From contig NC_090351.1 in assembly GCF_035084215.1 (NCBI RefSeq), positions 33,790,001-33,854,000 of the forward strand: a stretch of 64,000 nucleotides of DNA, written 5' to 3'. This document shows, piece by piece, positions 1 through 9,963 of the stretch. Under the pieces are notes generated by a model. That model was not told the DNA's origin and searched no databases. It saw only the letters and a list, made by a program, of their open reading frames with translations. Within the stretch, counting starts at the first letter, position 1. Each line of letters begins with the position of its first letter. This stretch comes from Heptranchias perlo (lineage: Eukaryota). Both the position numbers and the translations under genes were made by a program.

Positions 1-831
1 CGTGCAAATACAGCAACTTCATGCCGTTCAATGTATTTCAATGGTGCGGCAGACAGCAAGATGCCCTTTTTGTGAAGCTAAGGGCAGAATGGTGCAACTT
101 GGACAGCAACTTTTGGATTTCTGTGTTTAACCAGGCATCTGCCCCTCGCCTGAATTTGCTGCACCATTTGCGTGTAAATAATGGCGATCGCCATTAGTCT
201 CACCGCTATTTTGACAGCAAAATCTGGCCCAACGTGACAACATGAATAAAGAGGCTTCTTTTACCATCAAGAGAGTGATCGAGCTTTTCAATTTTAAGTT
301 TAGCTCGCTTGTAAAGTTGAACTGTATTGTGCTGACCTAAGTATCTGGTTGATTCTGTATGCCTCCCATCAGATCAGGAAACCTACAAAAATCTGTTACG
401 CTCTTGTGGATTGATTCCATTTTTAGTGTTTTCTAGGTATTTATCCCATTAAAGACTACTTGCTTCTTACTGCTTTTGTTATTGTCTTTCTATTAGTTTT
501 TGGCCTGAATGTAAACATCTGACAGTGTGAAACTTGATACAGTTCAGAGACAGGAAGATGTGTTGAGCATCCATGTGAGGTCTGGTGTAATACACTGCAG
601 TTAAAGTAACTGTTGGTCCCATAATACGTGAAATTTTTGGTTGGATAGTTGGACAGGCCACGAATTGCGTGTGAGCAACACGAGTCGTATTTCCAGACCT
701 CTGCCCACTTCCTGGAAGACTCTGCACTGCTGCGGAGCCTCGGAAAATCAGTGCTGTATTTTTCTTCCCAGATGAAACATTGAACAGACATTTTAGTCGT
801 GTATAATAAAGTATATCACTGAGAAAAGTAC

Positions 832-1155
832 CGTAAGATATTTGTAGTCGTAAGTTAAACCTTGGATCGATGCCAGATTGTTCAATACCACAGCTGTACC
901 ATCCTGTATCTCCCGAGCGAAGAGCCTTCATAGTAACAACGAATATTCCTTCTCTCTTGTTATCTGTGATTGACATTCTTCCTCGCTGTCCATCTTGCTC
1001 ACTTGTTTTTACTAAAACTGAACAACTACTAGTCCAGCCATGACACCAGTATTTCACATATGACCAGTACGTATGTTTGTCATAGTGACAGTCTATTGTG
1101 ATCGCTCTTCCCACAACTCCATTTACATTTTTTTTTGCCCACAATGCACCTGAAA
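832..1155 (-). CDS. Receptor copy 0, exon 2: CD300/pIgR/TREM-type Ig V domain (remaining exons lie left of the window)
   Basis: Acceptor tcttctcag|; VSGALWAKK..ITIDCHY..VKYWCHGWTSSCSVLV..DTGWYSCG; donor G|GTACTT; phase 1/1, 324 bp. Confidence 0.92.
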
Positions 1156-1299
1156 CTGAGAAGACAGCACTTCAGAAATTGAACAGGAAGTAACTGCTAA
1201 ATACAAACAGATACATTTTTATAAGAACTTCCACTGTGTACAGAAGAATCTCTCCACTACGTCCATTAATACAGTTGAATTCCTTGTAGTTTGTGATGA

Positions 1300-1392
1300 A
1301 AGAAAGAACATTAATTTCGTGCCTTATCACATCCTCACGATGTCCTAAAGCACTTCCCAGCCAGTGAATTACTTTTGAAGTGTCGTCACTAT
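1300..1392 (-). mobile_element. DeuSINE 3' tail fragment (in each unit)
   Basis: Reverse complement of cacttcaaaagtaattcactggctgggaagtgctttaggacatcgtgagg, homologous to the SINE tail at 12240-12326. Confidence 0.65.
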
Positions 1393-1400
1393 CTTTGAAC

Positions 1401-2005
1401 AAGAACAGCAACAACAGCTTGCATTTATATAGCACCGATAACATAGAAACTCAAGCTAAGACATAATCAAAATTAAATGGATACTGAGATAAGGCAGGAG
1501 ATATTAGGAGAGGTGTGTAACAGCCTGGTCAAAGAGGTGGGTTTTAAGGAGGGTCTTAAAGGAGGAGAGGTGGAGGATTTCATACAGGGAATTTCACAAT
1601 GTGGTGCCAAGTTGGTTGAAGGCAAACCCATTCCCACTAATGGTGGGGCAAAGGTAGGGATCGATGCACAAAAGATCACAGTCAGCGGAAGGGAGATTTC
1701 GTGAGGGAGTTGGTGAGTAGGGCTGAAGGAGGTTACTCAAATAGTGAGGGGCCATTTCATGAAGGAATTTAAACACAAGGATGAAAGTTTGAAGTTTTGA
1801 GAGACCGAAAGCCAATGTAGGTCAGCAAGGACAGGGGTGATAGATGAGCGGGACCTGATAGCAGAATTTTGGATGCGTTGATGTTTATGGTGGGTGCAAG
1901 AGGGGAGGCAGGCCAGGAGAACATTGGAATAGTTCAATCTGGAGGCAACAAAGACATGGATGTGGGTTTCAGCAGCAGACGGGTGGAAGTAGGCAGACTT
2001 TGTAA
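1401..2005 (-). mobile_element. L2-clade LINE 3' fragment in receptor intron 1 (in each unit)
   Basis: Translation AETHIHVFVASRLNYSN..LACLP..IQNSA..SITPVLADLHWL..LVFKFLH..APHYLSNLL is the L2 ORF2 C-terminus; (TTG)n-type tail. Confidence 0.85.
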
Positions 2006-2054
2006 TGAACTTGATATCTGCAGGAAAAGTGCTCCAGATTGTCTGTAAGATCAA

Positions 2055-2785
2055 TGAGCAAGACCTCGAGGGTATTAATCACAGGATTATTCCCAGTGCC
2101 ACATGGTAATCAGTATAAGAATAGTAAGATAAGAGAAGTAATTTTGTGACTGGAGAGATGGTTCAGAAGAAAAGGGTTCATATTCCTGGCACCTTGGGAC
2201 CAGGTGTGGAAGAGGAGCATCCTGTAGAGGACGGGAGGAGTTTACTTGAACAGCACCAAGACCAATGGCCTTGCTGGGAGAGGAACTCATGCTGTGGGCA
2301 AAGAGTTTACTCCCAAATGGCAGGAGGGTGGTTAAAAATAAGCTGAAGAGGCACGAGGAAGAGGACGGAGGGCTGAGGATATAGGATAGATAAAAGAGGG
2401 AAATGGGGAGGGGAAAGAGATCAGATCAGAAAGAGGAAGGTTTGAAAAGAGAAAGATTGCCATAACAGAGGCGTGCTTCAGTTGAATGTTCAAAAAGTAT
2501 TCTGCATAAAATTGGCAAGTTGAGGCACAAATATTTATGGGGAGGTTTGATATAATAGAATTAACAGACTCATGGCTTAGAGTAGGGTGAGACTGGGAGT
2601 TTAACATTGCTGGTTACAAAATAGATTAGTCCAAAATGGTGGCGGGGAGGCAGTATTAATCAGAAATTCCATTACAGCATTAAATCATAAAGATGATATG
2701 GGGCTGAATCTACTTGGTTAGAGTTAAAGAAGAAGAAGAAAACGGTTCCTTATTAGGAGAGTAATATCGACCAAACAGTGGGCGT
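2055..2785 (+). mobile_element. Degenerate CR1 LINE fragment (ORF1 esterase end + APE endonuclease start; in each unit)
   Basis: Broken frames resembling TSRVLITGLFPVP, DSWL..DWEFNIAGY, GGGEAVLIR, ESTWLELK, LLGExYRPNSG. Confidence 0.7.
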
Positions 2786-3243
2786 CCTCTCCCAGTGAGG
2801 AACAGTTTCACTGACAGAGCCTCGTTAAACAATATTTCATCGGCTGTACTTTAAATAACGAAAACAGTTGCAAATTTGTGACATTTTCTATTTGAGGGAT
2901 TATTACCACTGCAGTCTTCAGTGTATATTGGCCTTCAGACTACATTATAAAAGTCACTTTTTTACGGATTAAAACTGGTTGCCTTTGCATTTTGATTGTT
3001 GCTTTTGCAGCTTTTAAAAAAATGAAATGGAACCTTTATTTTCCACTCACAATTAAGAATGCATTTTCGTCTGGCAAATAATACAGTGAAAAAGAGATAC
3101 AAGACTATATGCAAATGTACTTCTGCTGAGTATTTTGTGCCTTTACATTTCTCCAAATATTTAAACATCTCTGCTGTTTAAACCATACACGAGACTTAAA
3201 CTAACACTGATTATCTGAATATCCAGCTCTGGCGGTCACTCAC

Positions 3244-3280
3244 CGGGCAGGGAACAAATGAGAAGAATCAGAATCCGCAT
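3244..3280 (-). CDS. Receptor copy 0 (partial gene), exon 1: signal peptide MRILILLICSLP
   Basis: ATG at 3280, hydrophobic leader, phase-1 donor G|GTGAGT at 3243. Confidence 0.85.
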
Positions 3281-3364
3281 TGTTTTATTCACAAAGAAGA
3301 GATCAGCACTTGTCGTCAGTCACCCAGCTCTTCGTTCTCATATCTAAATAAATATCTTCATGAT

Positions 3365-3430
3365 GCGAGGAATTTAAATGAGGAAGAAAGTAGCAGGAAG
3401 CCAGATCGTGAAACCGCAGGAAGCCAGCCG
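3365..3430 (-). promoter_or_regulatory. Putative leukocyte-type proximal promoter with ETS (GGAA) and RUNX motifs; repeated in each unit
   Basis: 90-145 bp upstream of the ATG: gaggaa twice, caggaag twice, aaccgca (RUNX consensus TGYGGT on the other strand) at 3412-3418. Confidence 0.45.
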
Positions 3431-3805
3431 ATGAAATGTTACCCCTGAGAACTTGAAATATTGTCAGTTATATTTAACAAACAAAACTAAACTAATTTTC
3501 ATCAATGAATAGAAAATTGTGAAAACAGGAATGTGAAAATGTTAACAGGAATGGAGAATGGCGACCCAAGCAAAGTATTTATGCTGAATTGTGAGGTGAC
3601 ATCCAGAACACAAGTGAGAAAAAAACCTCAGACAAGTGTTGAGATTGGCAGGAAGATTCAATCCCCTCTCCTTCCCACAGTGTACTGTGTATGGAAACTA
3701 GTTTCACAGATAAAACAGTTAATGCTGTGCTTATTAACAGCATGAAGAATGTCTGGCCACATAGTCGGAAATCCCTTAAAGTCACATGTTAAGTGTCAGA
3801 ATCAT

Positions 3806-4270
3806 ACCAACAACAACAACAACTTGCATTTATATAGCACCTTTAACACAATAAAATGTTTCACGGTGCTTCACAGGAGCGATTGTCATGCAAAATTTGG
3901 CACCAAGACACATAAGTCGATATTAGGACATGTGACTAAAAGCTTGGTCAAAGAGGTAGGTTTTAAGGAGCATCTTAAAGGAGGAGAGAGAGATAGAGAG
4001 GGGGAGAGGTTTAGGGAGGGAATTCCAGAGCTTAGGGCCAATGCAGCTGAGGGTACGGCCAGCAATGGTGGAGCGATTAAAATGGGGGATGCGCTAGAGT
4101 CAAGAATTGGAGGAGCGCAGAGATGGTGGTGGTGAGGTAGAGCTGGGTGTGATCAGCGTACATGTGGAATCTGACGATGTGTTTTCAGATGATGTCACCG
4201 AGGGGCAGCATGTAGATGAGAAATAGGTGGGTCCAAGGATAGATCCTTGTGGGACTCCAGAGGTAACATC
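3806..4270 (-). mobile_element. L2-clade LINE fragment with internal deletion (RT core joined to 3' UTR; in each unit)
   Basis: VTSGVPQGSILGP and FHMYADHTQLYL (YADD motif) next to the same 3' UTR and (TTG)n tail as 1401-1600. Confidence 0.85.
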
Positions 4271-4435
4271 GGGCACACTACCCATGATTTCCTGTTTGTT
4301 AACGTTAATGGATGGTGACATGGACTCTGGGACATTTCCAGCCACCATGTTCTTTCACATGGGTGTCGGGTTGTGGTACATTGTCCTAGTGTGCAGCACC
4401 ACACAGTAATGCACACAGTTCCACATCCACTGTTC

Positions 4436-5299
4436 GGGGTGAATTTTAACCTCAGGAACGGGTGGTTTGGGCGTGGTTGGGAAGGTAACAATTGTAAAAA
4501 TGTAAAGCCCGACCCCAACCTGCCCACTTCCGGTTATAACGGAGGCGGTTCGAGGGGTGGGCGACCAACCCGTTCTCAGGAGACGGGTCGGTCAGTGAAA
4601 GCTTTTAAGGAGGCTGCGGGCGTCCATTTTGAAAGATTTTTTATTTTCAACTCCTGGGGGCCGGGATTACCGGGCCTTCTGCTTCAGGCCACGTGAGAGG
4701 AGGCAAGAAGGCCTGGATCAGCAGTGAAGTGCTTTTATTGCATTGCTTGTGGGCCAGGAGGAGCAGGACTGCTTCCCCCAACAAGCTCACCTGCCGCGAT
4801 CGCACACATGCGGTCTCTGACACCCCCCCCAACTATCACCGAACCCCTCCCCCATGATCTCCGACACCCACCCCCCGAATGCCGCCCCCACCACGATTTC
4901 GAACCCCCCAATATCTGACCACCCATGCCTGAGCCCCTGATGAACCTCCCAATGATCACAGACTCTAATGAGCCCCCCTGATGACCGACCCCCACCAATG
5001 GCCGAGCCTCTGATGACCCTGACCCCGAACCCCCTGATGACATCGATGAGCAACTACCCCCGCCGGCCCCCATTTAATACTTTTGTGCTGGCATCTGCTA
5101 CCCCGCTGCTCCCCTGTCCGACTGATAGCCAGCTTGTCAATCCAGCTGGACTGTCGGGCAGAAAACCTGCAGAAAAAGAATGAAATACTTCCTTTCGTCA
5201 AAATCGTAAGGACGTCTGGGAAACCCGGACTTCTAGGTTTCCAGTCAGGATTTCTGACCCCCCTCCCATGACCTGGCTCCCTGGTAAAATTTTACTCCC
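4436..5299. mobile_element. Non-autonomous TIR element (MITE-like) with internal C-rich degenerate minisatellite (in each unit)
   Basis: Ends ggggtgaattttaacc / ggtaaaattttactccc are imperfect inverted repeats; ccccc(t/g)atga(t/c)c-like repeats at ~4810-5070. Confidence 0.55.
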
Positions 5300-5659
5300 T
5301 CGTCTCCAAAAGATAAGACTCTTCCCCATTGGCAGGGAAAGAAAATTAAAAGCAATTGTATCCTTGAACATTTTTAAGTCGCTCTTTGGATACAAAGGGC
5401 CCGAATTTAGCAGGCCTGCGGGTTCCCAGCGGGTGGTCCTCCGGGAGCGTGGTCAACACGCTCGGTGAAATTAGTGGGTTGCCCGCGCGATCGTAGCAGG
5501 CAACCCACTAATAGGAATCAATTACCTGCTCCTCCGGGGTCCACGGCGCTGGCCTGCGCGTCGGTCGGGCTGCGCATGCGCAGTACGATCTGTCAGCTGG
5601 AGGCTCTCTAGTTAAAGGGGCAGTCCTCCACTGACAGATGCTGCAACCAATGGGACAAA

Positions 5660-5911
5660 TTGCAGCATGGAGCAGCCCAGGGGGAAGGCTGCTCCCAGTT
5701 TAATGATGCCTCACCCCAGCTATCATCAGATGGGGTGAGGAGGAGGGGGAGGACACAGATCTTCCCCCCGGCGGGCGGGAGGAAGCGGCCTGCCTCTGCC
5801 ACCAAGAAGGCCTGGCTCGAGGTGGCAGAGGGGGTCACCTGCGCCACCAACATATCGCCCACCTGCATACAGTGCAGGAGGCGCTGCAATGACCGCAGTA
5901 GGTCAGCCGCA
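5660..5911 (+). pseudogene. Degenerate Myb/SANT DNA-binding exon of the Harbinger element
   Basis: Trihelix-like W-x-x-V-A and QC-R-R-R-x-x-D motifs; probable donor GTGAGA at 5912; start codon degraded (TTG). Confidence 0.7.
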
Positions 5912-6440
5912 GTGAGAACACGAAGTCTTTCCCCAACACTCCGTCTGCCACAACACTGCCCCCACCCCACATCTCCTTCGGCACCGCCAACACTATTCTG
6001 TCACATCACCCTTCATACCCACTCACACCCCATCCTCATCTTACCTCCACCTACTCACCTCGCCAGTACTCACCCTGCCACTAACACGCAACCCACTCCT
6101 CATACAATCTCATTGCTCCATCCCATACTCACCGTCTCGTGCATCTCCCTCACGGCCAGCCTCACTCAACCTGCCACCACCTGTGCTGCAGCCACAGGGC
6201 ATGCATCACATATGTGCAGTCGGCAGCGTAAGGCAAACGTCTCGTCAGCATGTGGGTGCACAAGGGTGTCTGAGGGTTTGTCATGGGTGTTACCCATATT
6301 GAATTTCAGAGCAACAAACAGCACACATTATATTGACACCACCACTGCCATGTCTCCGCGAATCCTGTCCGTTGTGACCAATAATGCCCGCTCCTGGGTA
6401 TCACTATGAGGACCCACCACTGATGCCACCCATCGTGTTA

Positions 6441-6800
6441 CTACAGAGTAGGTGCAGGTGTATTTGCAGGGCTCGTCCGCGCAGACGACTGAGAGACATC
6501 GGCGGTGTAGCCGGCTGCACCCTGGAAGGATGCGGAGGAGAGGTTGTGGAGGGCAGTGGTGACTTTGCCAGCGACAGGTAAGCAGTTGGTGCTGGGGCCA
6601 GCCAGGAGCAGCTCGGCATGAAAGAGGCTGCAGATCTCCACGACTACATGTCGAGCGAATCTGCGCCTCCCTGTGCACTGCTGCTCGGAGAGGTCCGGGG
6701 AGCTGCGCCTCGGTCTGTGGACCCCGTGGCGAGGGTAGTGCCCTCTGCGACGCGTCTCTCTCTGCGGTAGCCCTCCCTCCTGCTGTGCAGGTGGGCGTGC
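6441..6800 (-). pseudogene. Harbinger transposase (HARBI1-like) N-terminal remnant, catalytic DDE region absent
   Basis: C-terminal half of ORF 6441..7121 matches the HTH-containing N-terminus of Harbinger transposases; no IDGTH or DxGY motifs seen. Confidence 0.75.
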
Positions 6801-7447
6801 AACAACACCGTGTTGGGGGGATCCACGTCCCTGCGGCGGACGGCGTGGACTGCGAGGCTGCTGGGGCTGGTCATGCTCTTCGTCCTCCGAGGGTCTCCAC
6901 ACACCACCCAACTGGCAGGTGTTGGTCTGAGGGGTTGTGCAGGGTAGGTGTGTGGTTCCTCGGACTGGGGCTGCGGTTTCGTGTCGGTCTGTCCTCTGGC
7001 TTGGCGGGGGGTGGTGGAGGGCAGGGCTTGCCCTATGTGACGCGGTGGCCTCCTGCGTGGGTGAGGGCTCTCCCCCGTGGAGCGCACCTTGGCACCTGCC
7101 ACAGGCTGCTGGCTGCAACACGCCTGGTTGGAGGGAGACTGTTTCCCCCAGTGTGGGAAACTCACTGCCTTGAACCTAAAATCCCACACTTCCTCTTTTG
7201 ACAGCTGCTTCAGCTCATTAACTGACCACAACGAGCAAGGTAAGTACTCTCAAGTGGAACCCCGCTGGCTTTAATTGCCTGCGGGATTCCCACCAGCGGG
7301 GCTTGCGCGCGCAGCCCCGCACGTCAGCGCGGTACCCGGAAGTGGCCGGGATTTCGTCGCGATCCGGTCACGTGACCGGAGATCGGGATTTTCGGGGCCA
7401 CCCCACTGGGAACCCGCCGGAAACACGCTCCTAAAATCGAGTCCAAA

Positions 7448-8210
7448 GTGTCTTCGGGAGACTGGGATCAGCTGGGTGGCTGCTGTAGATTCCACTGAAG
7501 CTGGCACATGCTCCATTGGTGGCTGAAATGAAGAAAAAGCTTCCCCGATGTTGCTGCAGATGAGAACTGTAAACTCAAGTGTCACAGTTGTCAGTTGATC
7601 CACATCCTTGAACCCTGACCTTAGAGCCTGCATGTCGGTGTGATGTTCCTCAAACATCCTGCTTTTCAGGAAAGCATCCATGAGTTCGGGCTCTCAGGAC
7701 TCCAAAGGCAAAGGCAGCCTTCTCATCGGCCTCCACATGGACGGTGGCACATTGTTACCTACTTCTCACACCTCCAGCCCGCTTGTGCTCTGTGAATCAC
7801 CACACCCTCACAAAACACTATCTAATTTTCCTCGGGTGAATGTACCTGAGCTGGTGCCTGGGATTTAAGAAGAAGGTGACAATGGTGATGAGTTGAAAGG
7901 TGTTGGGACAGAGGAACAAGGGCCATAAGGTGTCTGCAGGAAATCATGGGTTGGCTTCATCATCATCCTGGTCTACTGGTGGGTCAAGGAGACAGAGAAA
8001 GCAGTGGACGCTTGTTGGCGTGTGACACTTCATAGAGATGCCAGGGCAATGGTGTTATGTTGGCAATATGCCCAGACCTCCCCATCTCCCATGGCACGAG
8101 GAGAGTGATTCCCCATGAGTTCCATGGCCTCCTCCTCGTAGGACAAGTGTTCTAAAGTTAAGTATGGCAACCCGCTGGGCATTGTGCACTGCTTTCTCCT
8201 GCAAGAGGAT
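7448..8210 (-). mobile_element. Possible older Harbinger Myb-gene remnant (downstream exons)
   Basis: ttgcag|EKAVHNAQ.. followed by YEEEAMELMG in a shifted frame resembles the second exon of Harbinger Myb/SANT proteins; heavily decayed. Confidence 0.35.
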
Positions 8211-8719
8211 GGAATAAATTAGGGGAAGGCTAGCAGCTGAGAGATGTGTGCCAAGTGTCTGAACCAGTTTGTGGGAGTTAAGAAGTAAGTGGGAGTTAAG
8301 GGAGTTGGGCAGGAGGTCTCTGCAGGAACTCATGGGTGTGCTTAAGTCTGACTTCATCTCCCTTCCCCCGCCAATGGCAGAGTTGAAGTAAGAGCTGGAG
8401 CCTGTTAGTGTTGACAAAGGGGTTTTAGGGTTGTGCATGGAAATAATTGCCTTTCGGGGAGATGGATAACCATAGTGTTGGATGCCAAGCTGGGAGCCCC
8501 TTAACCAGAGTGCATTGTGAAGGGTTAGTTGTGTTGCTGATACTTTTCGATGGTGAAGAGTGTGCTGGTGCCAGGGAAGTAAAGGCAGTGTGGCCAGTGT
8601 ATTACTTGCCAGTCCAGGTCAGGTCAGTAAAGTTCTTTGTATCTGGGGTTGAGAGTTGTTAGTCAGTGCTGGTGCTCCCTCCCTTCGGGTGGCACAGGTG
8701 ACATTTCAGGCACAAATCC

Positions 8720-8938
8720 CCTGCTTTTCTTCAAATTTTACCATGGGTCTCATATCCTCGGCAGACTGCACCTTGGCTTAACAACCAATCCAAGAGGCAG
8801 CACCTCTGACAGTGCAGCACTCGCTCAGTACAGCATTAAAGTGTCAGGCTACATTATGTGCTCAAAGCTCTGGAGTGGGGCCTGAACTCACAACCTTCTG
8901 ACTCAGAGGTGAGAGTGCTGCCACTGAGCCAAGGCTGA
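8720..8938 (-). mobile_element. tRNA-derived DeuSINE 5' half (in each unit)
   Basis: Reverse complement has A box TGGCTCAGTGG and B box GAGTTCAGGCC; homologous to 11911-12100. Confidence 0.8.
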
Positions 8939-9034
8939 AGCTCGTCTCTGGACCGAGATTCCCCTCAGACCCGGCCGTATTTCCAGCACTTGGTTATTTT
9001 ACACATGGGAGGTCGACTCATTGGTCACCATCTG

Positions 9035-9148
9035 TCAGGAAGCACATCTTCACACAAAGACTGGTGGAAATCTAGAACTCTCTTCCCAAAAACGCTGTTG
9101 AGGCTGGGGGTCAACTGAAAATTTCAAAACTGAGATTGATGAATTTTT
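9035..9148 (+). mobile_element. CR1 LINE 3' end fragment (3' tail deleted in units 1-2, complete in units 3-4)
   Basis: RKHIFTQRLVEIWNSLPQNAVEA (CR1 ORF2 C-terminus) visible in ORF 42525..42719; units 3-4 continue to ..actcctgttcctatgttcc. Confidence 0.8.
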
Positions 9149-9448
9149 CCCTCAGATCTAGCCGTGTTTCCTGCACTGGGTTCTTGTACATATGGGAGGC
9201 CAACTCCTTGGTCTCCACCTGATGGTCTGCGATTGATACCTTGCAGGCGTTTGGATCTTGCTGCGCAGGGAAATAGGTGGCCAGCAAGCTGTCTGATTCA
9301 AAAATATTTTCGTTTTCTTTAAAGCCTTCAAATTTTATTCGGGGCGCCTGTGCATGGCGGCACTCTGAGAGTTTTGTTGGCCCAGGGCCCCCTGCGCCGA
9401 TACCTGAACGTGACACACGTTATTTGTCTGTCAGCTGAAGAGATAAGG

Positions 9449-9561
9449 AGGGTAAAATTCGTCATGGGCATTACTGCAAAATGGACACCAGCAAAACAGC
9501 AGCCCATTTTACACTCCGCACAATTTTCTTTTCCATCGTGGCCCAAGACGAATTTCACCTC
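9449..9561. mobile_element. Miniature (~113 bp) fold-back/MITE (in each unit)
   Basis: agggtaaaattcgtcatgggc ... gcccaagacgaatttcacctc inverted repeat, plus inner gcaaaatgg/ccattttac. Confidence 0.65.
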
Positions 9562-9963
9562 GAATTTACACTGGAAATCTGTCTTATTTCCTTTGTGTAC
9601 TTGATGGGTAAAAGTTTCACTGTTGACCCTGTAGCCCTCATCCCAAATTACTTTACCATAAGGTCATGTTTCAGTTCATTGGCAGCGTGTGCCTGAATCA
9701 TAACAGGCATGAAATGCATGGAGGAAGTAGTGAATTTTTTAATCTTCTCCTGATCGATAATAAGTTTTCGGAAACTGAAAAATGATGAGAGAATTCTGAA
9801 GAAATGCTGTAAATTTATTTTAAGTGTCTGCATTATTTTTGTCAGTGCCCAGCTAAGTAAATGTCTTGTCATGCACACCTGCATTCAGACCTGTTGTTCT
9901 GTTTCTTCTTCTCTCCCCTTAACCCTTCCTTTTCCCAGTTAAAATGCAATCTTGTCCCATTGA

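Larger units (their letters stand above)
5397..7444. mobile_element. PIF/Harbinger DNA transposon, internally deleted (2,048 bp), with Myb/SANT ORF (+) and transposase remnant (-)
   Basis: TIRs gggcccgaatttag / ctaaaatcgag(t/c)cc; 3-bp flanking duplication AAA; + strand FNDAS..KKAWLEVAEGV..TCIQCRRRCND (Myb_DNA-bind_5-like); - strand RPRRSSPDLSEQQC..EICSL..LPVAGKVTTAL..SFQGAAG..VSQSSA (HARBI1-like N-terminus). Confidence 0.88.

Noticed and set aside
817-823. RSS-like heptamer (CTCAGTG on minus strand) after the V exon, suggesting a rearranging Ig/TCR V segment
   Set aside because: The essential CAC is broken, there is no nonamer at 12 or 23 spacing, and the exon already encodes its own G strand and ends in a splice donor.
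479-1144. 221-aa ORF as a complete protein
   Set aside because: Starts at an internal TTG; only 832-1155 is the V exon and the rest is intron read-through.
4724-5271. Gly-rich and Pro-rich ORFs
   Set aside because: Products of a C-rich low-complexity tract in overlapping frames, with no domain signal.
5660-6409. 249/259-aa Myb/SANT ORF as a domesticated host gene
   Set aside because: Lies inside TIRs, lacks a proper ATG, has degraded motifs, its His/Pro/Thr-rich tail looks like intron read-through, and stops differ between copies.
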